This document shows, piece after piece, positions 17,195 to 26,888 of a stretch of 64,000 bases of DNA (position 1 is the first letter of the stretch; each line of letters starts with the position of its first letter). Origin of the DNA: Candidatus Omnitrophota bacterium. Lineage in GTDB: Bacteria; Omnitrophota; Gorgyraeia; Duberdicusellales; 4484-171. The stretch is from positions 1 to 64,000 of the forward strand of contig JAIPGM010000003.1 in NCBI GenBank assembly GCA_021735655.1, given 5' to 3'. The notes under the pieces are model-generated. The model was not told the DNA's origin and did not search any database. It worked only from the letters and a program-made list of their open reading frames with translations. Position numbers and translations under genes: made by a program.

Positions 17195-19578
17195 GTGAAA
17201 AGAGAGCAATTATTCTTGGAGCCGGTGGAGTTGGCCTAATTTCAGCCTGGAAACTTCTCGAAGAGGGCTGGAGGGTTGATGTCTATGAAGCTACAGACCA
17301 GGTTGGTGGGATGTGTAAGACTTGGAAATGGGGAGAGTACTTATTAGATACGGGTCCACACATTTATCATACTCCTGATGAAAATTTATCTAAATTTTGG
17401 GAATCTGAATTTGGAGATTTATTTATTCAGCGTGAGTTTTGGTGTAAGAATGTTAAAGGCGATGATTTTAAGCAGTATTGGGACTATCCTTTATCTTGGG
17501 AGAGTATTTCTCGGTATCCTAAAGAGTTAAAAGATAAGGTTTTAGGAGAACTGCATAATATAAGCTTGCAAGGAAGAGCTAGAGCTACAAATTATACCGA
17601 ATATATGGATGCTCAAGTAGGGCCGACCTTGCGTGAGATGTTTTTTAAAAAGTTTCCGGAAAAGATTTGGGGTATTTCAACTAACCATATGGCTACTGAT
17701 TGGGCACCAAAAAGGATTGAGGTTCGTCAGAAGGTTACTCCTTTTTACCATAAACAGTGGAATGCTGTAGGTAAGTATGGGGCCGGTTGTATCTTTGAGC
17801 GAATAAAGGAGAAAGTTTTAACTCTTGGTGGAAATATTCATTTTAATCATATTGTAAGCGCTTTCGAATCGCAAGGAAATGCTATTTCGGCCATTGAGTT
17901 TTCAATAAAAAAGAGCAGGACAGTTTTCCCGGACGAAGTTATTATTTCTAGTTTAGCAATTACTGATTTGGCTAGATTTTTAGGTTATGAGAGTAAATTA
18001 GATTTTCGTGCTTTGCGTACCGTTTACCTAGCTTATGATAAAGAGATGATTCTGCCTAAAGGTATAGATTGGCTTTATTATGATTCGGAAAAAACTTACT
18101 TTAGCCGGATTACTGAACCCAAAAAACTTTCTCCTTACGTGTCTGCTAAAGATAAAACTTATCTTACTTTAGAGATAACTTGTTCTAAAGACGATGAAAT
18201 CTATAAGATGGAAGGAGAGAAGCTGGTAAAGAAAGTAGCTGAGCAAGTTGAGCTAGTAGGGTTAGCTAAGATTAGTGAGGTAGCTGCTTCAACCATTCAT
18301 AGCGAAGACCATGTGTATCCTATACAGCATCATGGCTACCAGGAAGAACTCTCTAAAACTCGCTCAGTGATTACCAGCTTTCAACAAATCTACTCTTTGG
18401 GAACTGGAGGAGAGTTTCACTATTCGGATATTCAAATTCTTTTTCATAAGGCTTTTGATTTGGTAGCGACACTTTGTAATAAGGGGTCAAACTTTACCCA
18501 AACTATTAGAAAAACTAAAGCTTGTCAGTTAAACTCGGTAGTTTCGATTAGAAATCGAGAGGTTGGTTTTGGCAGGCCAGCCTATATAATTGCTGAAGCT
18601 GGATTAAATCATAATGGCAGCATAGAAGTGGCTAAACAACTTATTGATCGGGCTAAAGAATCTGGAGCAGACGCGATTAAATTTCAAACTTTTAAGCCGG
18701 GAAGCCGAATATCTAAAAAGGTAAAGGCTGCTCGTTATGCCGAAACTATAATTGGCTTAGAAGAGACCCTTTACGACATGTTTGATCGTCTGGCTATGGG
18801 GCATGATGATCAAAAAGATCTTTTTAACTATGCTCGAAAGAGTGGTATTGAAATTTTCTCAACTCCTTTTGACCTTGAAAGTGCTGAGTTTTTAAATAGT
18901 TTGGGAGTAGGTGTTTTTAAAATAGCTTCGATGGATCTAGTAAGCTTACCTTTTATTAAGCAGGTGGCTAGAATGGGTAAGCCAATGATTCTTTCAACTG
19001 GCATGTCGACTTTGGGTCAGGTTGAAGAGGCTTTAGAGGTGATTCGTCAGCAAGACAATCCTAACGTGATGCTACTTCATTGTAACTCTTCTTACCCTGC
19101 AGCCCAGGAAGAAATGAATTTGCAGGTTATTGAGACTCTCAAGAAATGTTTTAAGGTTCCGGTGGGACTGTCTGATCATACTTTTGGTTTATTTGTATCA
19201 CACACAGCTCTTGTGTTGGGTGCGGATTTAATTGAAAGGCATTTTACTTTAGATCGAGCCATGGAAGGACCAGACCATATTTTATCTTCAGCGCCAGCAG
19301 AGCTAGCTGAGCTAGTTTCAATGTCAAAGAAAATACCCGAAGTTTTAGGCGATGGTATTAAAAGGATTCAGCCTAATGAATATGATACTTTAAACACGCA
19401 AAGAAAAAGTCTTTATGCAGCTTGCGATATTAAAAAAGGAACGGTGATTACACAAGGGATGGTTGCGATTAAAGGTCCTGGTGGAGGGCTTTTACCGAAA
19501 TATTTTGATTTGGTTGCTGGGCGCATCGCCAAAGTTGACATTGAAGAAGATCATCCAATCACTTGGGAGGCTATTTGA
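17191..19578 (+). CDS. fusion protein: N-terminal FAD-dependent oxidoreductase (UDP-galactopyranose mutase-like) + C-terminal NeuB-type ulosonic acid synthase
   Basis: N-term: IILGAGGVGL...YEATDQVGGMC...GPHIYHT...KKFPEKIWG. C-term: AYIIAEAGLNHNGS...DAIKFQTFK plus SAF-like AIKGPGGGL. 795 aa. Confidence 0.7.
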   Translation: MSEKRAIILGAGGVGLISAWKLLEEGWRVDVYEATDQVGGMCKTWKWGEYLLDTGPHIYHTPDENLSKFWESEFGDLFIQREFWCKNVKGDDFKQYWDYPLSWESISRYPKELKDKVLGELHNISLQGRARATNYTEYMDAQVGPTLREMFFKKFPEKIWGISTNHMATDWAPKRIEVRQKVTPFYHKQWNAVGKYGAGCIFERIKEKVLTLGGNIHFNHIVSAFESQGNAISAIEFSIKKSRTVFPDEVIISSLAITDLARFLGYESKLDFRALRTVYLAYDKEMILPKGIDWLYYDSEKTYFSRITEPKKLSPYVSAKDKTYLTLEITCSKDDEIYKMEGEKLVKKVAEQVELVGLAKISEVAASTIHSEDHVYPIQHHGYQEELSKTRSVITSFQQIYSLGTGGEFHYSDIQILFHKAFDLVATLCNKGSNFTQTIRKTKACQLNSVVSIRNREVGFGRPAYIIAEAGLNHNGSIEVAKQLIDRAKESGADAIKFQTFKPGSRISKKVKAARYAETIIGLEETLYDMFDRLAMGHDDQKDLFNYARKSGIEIFSTPFDLESAEFLNSLGVGVFKIASMDLVSLPFIKQVARMGKPMILSTGMSTLGQVEEALEVIRQQDNPNVMLLHCNSSYPAAQEEMNLQVIETLKKCFKVPVGLSDHTFGLFVSHTALVLGADLIERHFTLDRAMEGPDHILSSAPAELAELVSMSKKIPEVLGDGIKRIQPNEYDTLNTQRKSLYAACDIKKGTVITQGMVAIKGPGGGLLPKYFDLVAGRIAKVDIEEDHPITWEAI

Positions 19579-19579
19579 T

Positions 19580-20656
19580 ATGAGCTATACAAGGCAAGCC
19601 AGAGACTTATTGAAGGTAATATTGAATTTAGCTAAAGCCGAAAACAAACTTTCTGGATTTTGCATTAGTAATACTGCCAAGATAGACAAGCAAGGCCTTT
19701 ATTTCACGCCAGTGAGGAATACGCCTAGAATGGTAATTGCTGGAGTCGTTGTCTATAGTGAAAAACAAGCCATAGAGATAGCTGAGATAGTTGATGGGAA
19801 GGTTGACTACATTTTAGTCGATGCTGAAAAGAAAGTTTCTGGAGAAATGTCTGTAAGTGGTGTAGCGGCTAATGTTGAGCGTTCAGTGCGTGAAATTTTA
19901 ACCAAATCTAAATTATGGGTTTATAAGGGTAATGACTTAGCAGTGGAGGCTTTAGATAGTTTACTTTCTTATTTGACTAAGGATTCTTTAAGAGGTGTTG
20001 GCGCGAAAAAGATAGCGATTATCGGGGCGGGCAATTTAGGCTGTAAATTAGCACTTAAATTAGTGGAAAGGGGTGCTCATGTTTTCATAACACGAAGGGA
20101 TAGAGATAAGGTTGCTAGCATAGCCAGAGTTCTTAATTACATTAAACCTAGATATACTAACGCTGAGGTAGTGGGTACTGTTGACAATGAGGCCGCAGCC
20201 AAAAATGCTGACATTTTAATTGGGATGACTCAAGGGATACCGGTTATTACCGAAAAGATCATAGCCAACCTTTCGACTCAGGCCTTGATTATCGATGGAG
20301 GCAAAGGAACTTTTTATCCTGCGGCTATCAAGATGGCTCGGGAGCGCGGCATTGAAATCTATAGACTGGATGTAAGTTCAGCCTTTGAGGGCGCAATAGC
20401 TACTCTTTTTTCTCTGGAAGATGCTATGAAAAATCGAATTGGCCGGCGCTTACTCTATGGTGAACCAATAGTTGCCGGAGGCTTAATGGGAAGGGAGGGC
20501 GATGTGGTGGTGGACAGCATTTTTGAACCTAAAATAATCTATGGTATCGCCAACGGTAAGGGAGATTTCATTCGTAATCCCTCAAGCGAGCAATTGGTCA
20601 GAATAGAAAAAGTTAAGAAGGCGATATCTTTAGAGTTATCTGCAAAGGTAAGTTAA
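19580..20656 (+). CDS. NAD(P)-binding oxidoreductase (shikimate dehydrogenase / glutamyl-tRNA reductase-like fold)
   Basis: KKIAIIGAGNLGCKLALKLVERGAHVFITRRD Rossmann motif and downstream ADILIGMTQG. The start is taken at ATG 19580 (GGAGG RBS at 19567-19571) rather than the overlapping upstream ATG at 19463. Confidence 0.45.
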   Translation: MSYTRQARDLLKVILNLAKAENKLSGFCISNTAKIDKQGLYFTPVRNTPRMVIAGVVVYSEKQAIEIAEIVDGKVDYILVDAEKKVSGEMSVSGVAANVERSVREILTKSKLWVYKGNDLAVEALDSLLSYLTKDSLRGVGAKKIAIIGAGNLGCKLALKLVERGAHVFITRRDRDKVASIARVLNYIKPRYTNAEVVGTVDNEAAAKNADILIGMTQGIPVITEKIIANLSTQALIIDGGKGTFYPAAIKMARERGIEIYRLDVSSAFEGAIATLFSLEDAMKNRIGRRLLYGEPIVAGGLMGREGDVVVDSIFEPKIIYGIANGKGDFIRNPSSEQLVRIEKVKKAISLELSAKVS

Positions 20657-20659
20657 ATA

Positions 20660-22423
20660 ATGAATAAATTATATGAAAATTTGCTACCTAAAAATGGATA
20701 TGTAATTGGCGAGCTTGCTTGTGGCCACGAAGGTGATTTTAAGAAGTTAAAGCAACTCATCGAGGCCGTAGCTGTAAGTGGAGCAGATGGCGTCAAATTT
20801 CAAATTTTTATTCCTCAAGAAAGAGCGAACAAAGATCATCATGAGTGGGATATTTTTAATAAGCTGGCGATTTCAGAAGAGGATTGGAAGGCAGCTGCAA
20901 ATTATGCCCGCCAAAAGAAGTTAGCAGTATTTGCCGATATTTTTGGCGAGGCTAGTTTTCAAATAGCAAAAAGAATTGGTGTCGATGGATTTAAAATACA
21001 TTCAGAAGATTTGCTCAATACTTTTTTTATCAGCCGAGTTGCTCAGGAAAATAAAATTCTTATGATCGGAGTAGGCGGGGCACATCGTATCGAGATCTAT
21101 CAATTACTTAATTATTTGAAAACCCAAGGATTAGTTGAAAATCTATTATTAACTACTGGAGTACAGACCTTTCCTACTCCGCTAGAAGTACATTTTTTAC
21201 AAGAGGTCAGCGATCTTCTTTCTTGTTATAGTTCTTTCGGTGTTAAGCTGGCCTTCGCCGATCATATTTCTGGTGATTTAGAAGAGGCCAAAATCGTACC
21301 CTTGATGGCTTTGGCTAAGGGGGCTGCAGTTATTGAGAAGCATGTTACCATTAACAGAGATGATGAGTGGGAGGATTATCAGTCGGCTTTAAGCAAAGAG
21401 GTCTTTGGCGATTTTGTTAAACAACTAAAAAAACTTTCACCGCTTCTAAAAGAACTAGGGCCACAAACCCCATTTGAGATCCAATACCGGAAAATATTTA
21501 AGAAGACTCCGGTAGCGGCAATAGATTTAGAATCTGGTCAGCTGATTAAGCCGGAGCATATCAAATATGTTAAGCATGCAAAGCATGCAGTCCCTCTTTC
21601 GGCTTTAAATCTTGTAGGTAGGCAATGCAAAAATAATCTAAGCAAGGGGCAGGTTTTACGCCTTAAGGATATTAAGGTTAAAGTTGGCGGGATTATCGTA
21701 GCCCGGTGTAGCTCTAATCGTCTTCCTAGCAAAGCCACAAGAAAAATTTTGGAGCGCGAGACAATAGCTTTACTTATTGAGCGAATCAAGCGCTGTCGCA
21801 ACCTTGATTGTGTGGTTTTAGCTACTTCGACTGATCCTTCTGATGATGTATTGGAGGAAATCGCCAAACGAGAAGGCGTCCTTCCTTTTAGAGGATCTTT
21901 AGAGAACCTTTCTTTGCGTTTTTATCAGGCAGCTAAACATTACAATATCGATCATATCGTTAGAGTTACCGGAGATGACATTATTCGTGACGAAGTGATG
22001 ATTGATAAAATCGTAGAAAGCCATTTATTTAACTCTTCGGAAGTCACTTTTGCCGATAATATGCCTTACGGGACAGTGAGTGATGTTTTTAGCTTAAATG
22101 CTATAGAAACGATATTAAATACAGCCCAGGTCCCTGAGAACACCGAATATTTAGAATGGTATTTAGGTAACAGCCGTTATTTTAGCATTAATTATGTTAA
22201 ATCTGACTATGAATTTAACCCGAGGTGGAGGCTTACTTTAGATTACGAAGAAGACTTTCTTTTTTTTAAGGAAATCTTCGAGTGTTTTTATGGCCATAAG
22301 CCTGATTTTACTTTAGCTGATGTTTTAAAATTGTTAGCCGACCAGCCACAAATAGCCGAGATTAATATGGCTAAGACCGCTAAATATACTAAAAACGATA
22401 TTAACGTTAAATTAACTATATAG
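20660..22423 (+). CDS. fusion protein: SpsE/NeuB-like TIM-barrel domain + SpsF-like cytidylyltransferase domain
   Basis: N-term: YVIGELACGHEGD...GADGVKFQIF (a divergent NeuB motif). C-term: GGIIVARCSSNRLPSKAT and DCVVLATSTDPSDD, typical of the SpsF/CTP-transferase family. Confidence 0.65.
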   Translation: MNKLYENLLPKNGYVIGELACGHEGDFKKLKQLIEAVAVSGADGVKFQIFIPQERANKDHHEWDIFNKLAISEEDWKAAANYARQKKLAVFADIFGEASFQIAKRIGVDGFKIHSEDLLNTFFISRVAQENKILMIGVGGAHRIEIYQLLNYLKTQGLVENLLLTTGVQTFPTPLEVHFLQEVSDLLSCYSSFGVKLAFADHISGDLEEAKIVPLMALAKGAAVIEKHVTINRDDEWEDYQSALSKEVFGDFVKQLKKLSPLLKELGPQTPFEIQYRKIFKKTPVAAIDLESGQLIKPEHIKYVKHAKHAVPLSALNLVGRQCKNNLSKGQVLRLKDIKVKVGGIIVARCSSNRLPSKATRKILERETIALLIERIKRCRNLDCVVLATSTDPSDDVLEEIAKREGVLPFRGSLENLSLRFYQAAKHYNIDHIVRVTGDDIIRDEVMIDKIVESHLFNSSEVTFADNMPYGTVSDVFSLNAIETILNTAQVPENTEYLEWYLGNSRYFSINYVKSDYEFNPRWRLTLDYEEDFLFFKEIFECFYGHKPDFTLADVLKLLADQPQIAEINMAKTAKYTKNDINVKLTI

Positions 22424-22432
22424 GGTTTAACT

Positions 22433-23605
22433 ATGACAAAATTATGGCGAATTGATCAGAAAGAAGTAGATTTAATAAAAGAGGTCGTGGATAAAGGTTT
22501 TTCTGGAGAGTCTATTGAGTTGTTTGAGAAGCAATTTGCTAAAAAATTCGGGATTAACTATGCGATTGCTGTTAATTCCGGAACTTCAGCTCTTCATGTG
22601 GCAGTTTCTGCCATAGGTGTTTCAGCTGGAGATGAAGTTATTGTTCCGCCATTAACTTTTGCTGCTACTGGTTTTGCGCCTATGTACTTAGGGGCCAAAC
22701 CGGTATTCGCCGATGTTGATCATTCTACCTTTAATATTGATCCAGACTCGATCGTAAAAAAGATAACCGATAAGACAAAGGCTATTATTACTGTTTCTTT
22801 ATATGGGTTACCGCCGGATATGGATAGAATCATGGCTATAGCTAAAGAGCATAATTTGAAAGTTATCGAAGATAACGCTCAGTGTGTATTTGGTAAATAT
22901 AAAGGGAAAATTGCCGGAACAATCGGCGATATTTCTATATTTAGTTTTCAACGTAGCAAGCACTTAACTACCGGTGACGGAGGAATGATTATTACTAACG
23001 ATGAAAATCTAGCCGAAACAGCCAGAAAATTCAGCGATTTAGGTTATGTTACTCTCAAGGCTTCTTCTGGTACTCATTTGGTGTCTAAAGAGTCTTTGCA
23101 ACAGCCAAATTTTAAGCGTCATGAGTCTTTTGGCTATAATTTTCGTCTGCCGGAAGTTTGTGCAGCCATGGGTCTTGCTCAATTGGAGAAGCTGGATTAT
23201 TTGGTGGCTAAAAGAGTTGCTATCGCTCAGCTATATGAGAAGGCGATTGGGGATTGTGATTGGCTTATTCCTCAGAAGGTTCCTGAAGGGGTAATTAGTT
23301 CTTACTGGACTTATGTTTTAAGGTTGGATTCGGCCAAAAAGAATGTTACATGGAAGCAGTTTAGGGAAGTTTTCTTAAAAGAGGGCGGTGAGCCATTTTA
23401 CGGGGCTTGGAGACTTACTTATCTTGAACCAGTTTTTGGAAAGATAAAGCTTTCGGATAATAGTATGCAGTATTCATCCGGATTATGTCCAGTTGCAGAA
23501 TCAATACAGCCTTATTTGATTCAGCTTAAAACAAATTTTGAAAATTTAGATTACGCTAAAAAACAGGCCGATGTTCTAGCTAGGACAGTTAAGTTGTTAG
23601 ATTAA
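22433..23605 (+). CDS. DegT/DnrJ/EryC1/StrS family PLP-dependent sugar aminotransferase
   Basis: AVNSGTSALHVA and FSFQRSKHLTTGDGG, with the catalytic Lys present. Confidence 0.8.
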   Translation: MTKLWRIDQKEVDLIKEVVDKGFSGESIELFEKQFAKKFGINYAIAVNSGTSALHVAVSAIGVSAGDEVIVPPLTFAATGFAPMYLGAKPVFADVDHSTFNIDPDSIVKKITDKTKAIITVSLYGLPPDMDRIMAIAKEHNLKVIEDNAQCVFGKYKGKIAGTIGDISIFSFQRSKHLTTGDGGMIITNDENLAETARKFSDLGYVTLKASSGTHLVSKESLQQPNFKRHESFGYNFRLPEVCAAMGLAQLEKLDYLVAKRVAIAQLYEKAIGDCDWLIPQKVPEGVISSYWTYVLRLDSAKKNVTWKQFREVFLKEGGEPFYGAWRLTYLEPVFGKIKLSDNSMQYSSGLCPVAESIQPYLIQLKTNFENLDYAKKQADVLARTVKLLD

Positions 23606-23607
23606 GT

Positions 23608-24894
23608 ATGAATATGAATAAAAGAATACTGATGTTTTGCGGTAATGGCTATACATTTGATGAAGCTTTTGGGCCAATCATAGAGGAGATAGGCAAAAGC
23701 TTCAAGGTGGATCTTTTGATGGGTAGTTATTATTTTACTGATCGCGTTTTAAATTCTGTCAAGCGCCTACATTCAAAGGGCAGAATAGATACTTATAAAA
23801 TTATACATGCTCATAGAAGAAAACAGTCGAACTTTGGGTATCATAAAGAAATAAAGTTAATTATGGAGTCAATTAAAGATAAGGATTTCAGTCTTTTACT
23901 TTCAGGGGGTGATTTCGATATATTTAATAGATATCTTATTAGTGTGGCAAGGGCAAAAGGAGCGAATATAGCCATTATACAAGGATGTCAGCTGGTTCAT
24001 TTGCTTGCTAAATATCGAAAAATGAACAGATTAAATTTGTCTCGTAACGATTATTGCAAACAAAAGAAAAATGATATAAATGGCAGAAAGTATAGAGGTT
24101 TGAGATATCAGCTCGGTATGATTAAGCATGGTGCTCTGCGTTCCTTAAAGGTTATTAATAGTCATTACATTACTCCTTTTTTAGTTAGTGGTAAGTTTTT
24201 TGTTCCTAGTAGGTACGACAAGTTTAATTTTACTTCAGGGCGGGCTGATATAGTGATGTGTTATGATTCTTTAGAGATAACAGCTCTAAAAAGTATGATT
24301 CCAAAGGTAAAAAACATCCACCTTGTTAAACATCCTGTCCATGGCCAGTGTAAGTGCAAGGGGAGTTTAAATATAGAATTAGGAAGAAAATTATTGGTGG
24401 TTTTTTCTGGTAATATTGGAAGTGAGCTGGAAAAATATAAGTTTGAACGTTGGGTCGGCGTGATCAAGAAAGCAATAGACTTAGAAAACATAGCCGAAAT
24501 TCATTTAAGATTCCATCCTCGAACTTCATCAGCGCTCCATTGGCCAAGAAAAATGGCTAAGTCTATTAAAGATCTGGGGTGTGAAGTTAAAATTATTGAT
24601 GCTTTGAAAACTTCACTTGTTGAAACGGTGTGTAATTATGTAGGAATACTAGGAGCTCCTTCGGGGGCATTACGTGCAGCAAGGGCTGTGTGTCCAAGAG
24701 TTTTTGTAACTGCCTTGCCTGACTGTGGTGATCCTGAACCATTTGAGCAAGAGTGGTGTTTGGGTAAGGCAGAGGGAATTAATTGGATTAAAAAAGATGA
24801 AGAACTAGAGCCAAAGAATTTAGAGATTTCGGAATTTAATATGGACAACAGACTTTCGGTTGCAGATATTTTGTGTAAAACATTAGAAAAATAG
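23608..24894 (+). CDS. hypothetical protein (possibly a GT-B-like glycosyltransferase)
   Basis: 428 aa with no motif I recognise. The C-terminal half has GT-B-like character (VVFSGNIG...ILGAPSGAL). Confidence 0.3.
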   Translation: MNMNKRILMFCGNGYTFDEAFGPIIEEIGKSFKVDLLMGSYYFTDRVLNSVKRLHSKGRIDTYKIIHAHRRKQSNFGYHKEIKLIMESIKDKDFSLLLSGGDFDIFNRYLISVARAKGANIAIIQGCQLVHLLAKYRKMNRLNLSRNDYCKQKKNDINGRKYRGLRYQLGMIKHGALRSLKVINSHYITPFLVSGKFFVPSRYDKFNFTSGRADIVMCYDSLEITALKSMIPKVKNIHLVKHPVHGQCKCKGSLNIELGRKLLVVFSGNIGSELEKYKFERWVGVIKKAIDLENIAEIHLRFHPRTSSALHWPRKMAKSIKDLGCEVKIIDALKTSLVETVCNYVGILGAPSGALRAARAVCPRVFVTALPDCGDPEPFEQEWCLGKAEGINWIKKDEELEPKNLEISEFNMDNRLSVADILCKTLEK

Positions 24895-24904
24895 GTAGTT
24901 AAGA

Positions 24905-25891
24905 GTGGGATTCAAGATACTTTTAGTTGGTTGTGGGCAATTAGGCAGTAGGCATCTTCAGGCTATAGCTTCCTTGAAAAATGTGACTGAGATCTGTGTT
25001 GTTGATTCTAGCCAGGAATCTCTTGATAGAAGCAAAGCCCGTTTGGGCCAGATAGATGATCTTAATCCTGAGATAGACTTTCAATGGTTTAAGGAGATTG
25101 ATTATTCCTGGACTGCTGGAGATCTTTGCATTATCGCTACTCAAGCCAAGGGCCGTTGTCAATTACTTAAGCAAGTTGTCCAGGGTTTGGGATATGAGAG
25201 ATTCCTGATAGAGAAAATAGTATCTCAGTCAGTAGAGGAGTATGAAGACTTACTTTCCTTTTGCAAAGAAAAAAATGTCTCGGTATGGGTTAATTGTAAG
25301 ACTCGCACCTATGAGATTCATAAATATATAAAATCAAAACTTAAATCTAGTGAGCCGATAATTTTCAGCGCCATAGGTGGCAATTATGGTTTGGCTAATA
25401 ATGGAGTTCATGTAGTTGATCTATTTGTTTTTTATGATCAGGCTACTAAATTATACAGTTGTGGCTCTAAGGTAGATGAAGTTTTGCACCCTTCAAAGCG
25501 CGGTCAGGACATTCTTGATCTCAGTGGTTCTCTTTTTGGGTATTCTGATAAGGCAAGCAAATTTATGCTTACCTTTGCCGCAGATCATATGAGTCCGGAT
25601 CACATTACTATTAATACTCCCCGTTGTCGTTTTATCGTTGATCATTTTCAGAAGTTTGCCTATGAGAGCTATTCAGATCAAGATTGGACTTGGAATAAAA
25701 TTCCAATCGAGGAAGAATGGAGAGTCAGTCATATGAGCAAGAAATTTGTATCGGATATATTAACTAAGGATACTTGTCAATTGCCTACAATCTTTGAATG
25801 TTTCTTAGCTCATGAATTTATTCTTAGAGGATTACTTTTGCATTTTAACCGTTTGCTAAAGGAAGAAAACTGGAGTTGTCCGGTTACTTAG
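24905..25891 (+). CDS. Gfo/Idh/MocA family oxidoreductase
   Basis: GTG start. ILLVGCGQLGSRHLQAI Rossmann N-terminus. Confidence 0.6.
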   Translation: MGFKILLVGCGQLGSRHLQAIASLKNVTEICVVDSSQESLDRSKARLGQIDDLNPEIDFQWFKEIDYSWTAGDLCIIATQAKGRCQLLKQVVQGLGYERFLIEKIVSQSVEEYEDLLSFCKEKNVSVWVNCKTRTYEIHKYIKSKLKSSEPIIFSAIGGNYGLANNGVHVVDLFVFYDQATKLYSCGSKVDEVLHPSKRGQDILDLSGSLFGYSDKASKFMLTFAADHMSPDHITINTPRCRFIVDHFQKFAYESYSDQDWTWNKIPIEEEWRVSHMSKKFVSDILTKDTCQLPTIFECFLAHEFILRGLLLHFNRLLKEENWSCPVT

Positions 25892-25897
25892 ATAATT

Positions 25898-26875
25898 ATG
25901 GCTAAAAAAATAAAAATAGGATTAATTGGCGCAGGAGCCGTTGCCTCTAAACATCTGGATGTGATTAAAGCTATTGATTGGATAGAAGCAGTAGGCATTA
26001 CCTCTCGGACTATAAGTAAGGCTGAAAAATTAGCCCAAGAATACGGAATCTCTTTTTGTACAGAAGATATAGATTATCTTATTGAGCAGTCAAAGCCGGA
26101 TGCTTTGATGGTGCTTGTTTCTGCTGACCAGATATATCCGGTAGCTTTAAATCTTATTTCTTATGGTTTACCTTTGTTTATTGAAAAACCAGCAGGCTTA
26201 ACTCCTGATGAGGCTAAAAACTTAGCTGAATTGGCAAAGAAACACTCTCTAGCAACTATGGTTGGTTACAATAGGCGTTATTATTCTGTTTTTCATAAAG
26301 GTCTTGAAATAATACGTAAACATGGGCCGCTTTTTGGTGTATTCATCGAAGGTCATGAGCGTATGTGGTTAAGGGCCGATAAATTATCAGAAAATATGCG
26401 TTCTCAATGGATTTTTTCTAATGGTACACATACCATTGATTTGCTTCGCTTTTTTGGAGGAGAAGTAACTAATTTACAGTCAATGGCTCATCGCTATATA
26501 GAGAGCCGGGGTGATCAATTTGCTGCGGTTATGGAATTAGCAAGTGGGGCAATTGGCCAGTATTGTGCCCACTGGTATTCACCGGGAGGCTGGAGAGTTG
26601 TTTTGTATGGTCAAGGAGCTACCGTTGAATTTAAACCTCTAGAAAGCGGCCAGTGGACAGATAAAGAATTTAAAACTTATTCAATTGAACCGGATAAAGT
26701 TGACACCGAATATAAACCGGGATTTTTCAGGCAGATGGAAGCCTTTGGAGGCTTAGTCGCTGAGGGTAAGTTTCAATGGCCTATGCTTGATTTAGAAGGA
26801 GCCTATAAAACTATGACTTTAGCAGAAGGTTTGTCATCTAATGTTTCTGATAAAAATTTAGTTTTGGAGAAATGA
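25898..26875 (+). CDS. Gfo/Idh/MocA family oxidoreductase
   Basis: IKIGLIGAGAVASKHL and EKP motif (LFIEKPAG). Confidence 0.7.
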   Translation: MAKKIKIGLIGAGAVASKHLDVIKAIDWIEAVGITSRTISKAEKLAQEYGISFCTEDIDYLIEQSKPDALMVLVSADQIYPVALNLISYGLPLFIEKPAGLTPDEAKNLAELAKKHSLATMVGYNRRYYSVFHKGLEIIRKHGPLFGVFIEGHERMWLRADKLSENMRSQWIFSNGTHTIDLLRFFGGEVTNLQSMAHRYIESRGDQFAAVMELASGAIGQYCAHWYSPGGWRVVLYGQGATVEFKPLESGQWTDKEFKTYSIEPDKVDTEYKPGFFRQMEAFGGLVAEGKFQWPMLDLEGAYKTMTLAEGLSSNVSDKNLVLEK

Positions 26876-26888
26876 AAAGGATAAGGAT

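Noticed and set aside
19463-19579. A 5' extension of the 19463-20656 ORF that overlaps the upstream fusion gene by 116 nt
   Set aside because: An in-frame ATG at 19580 follows a GGAGG RBS immediately after the upstream stop codon. The longer form is most likely an ORF-finder artefact, not a real overlap or frameshift.
23046-23294. An 82-aa + strand ORF in an alternative frame inside the aminotransferase gene
   Set aside because: It lies embedded in a well-supported DegT-family CDS and its peptide is hydrophobic and low-complexity with no independent signals.
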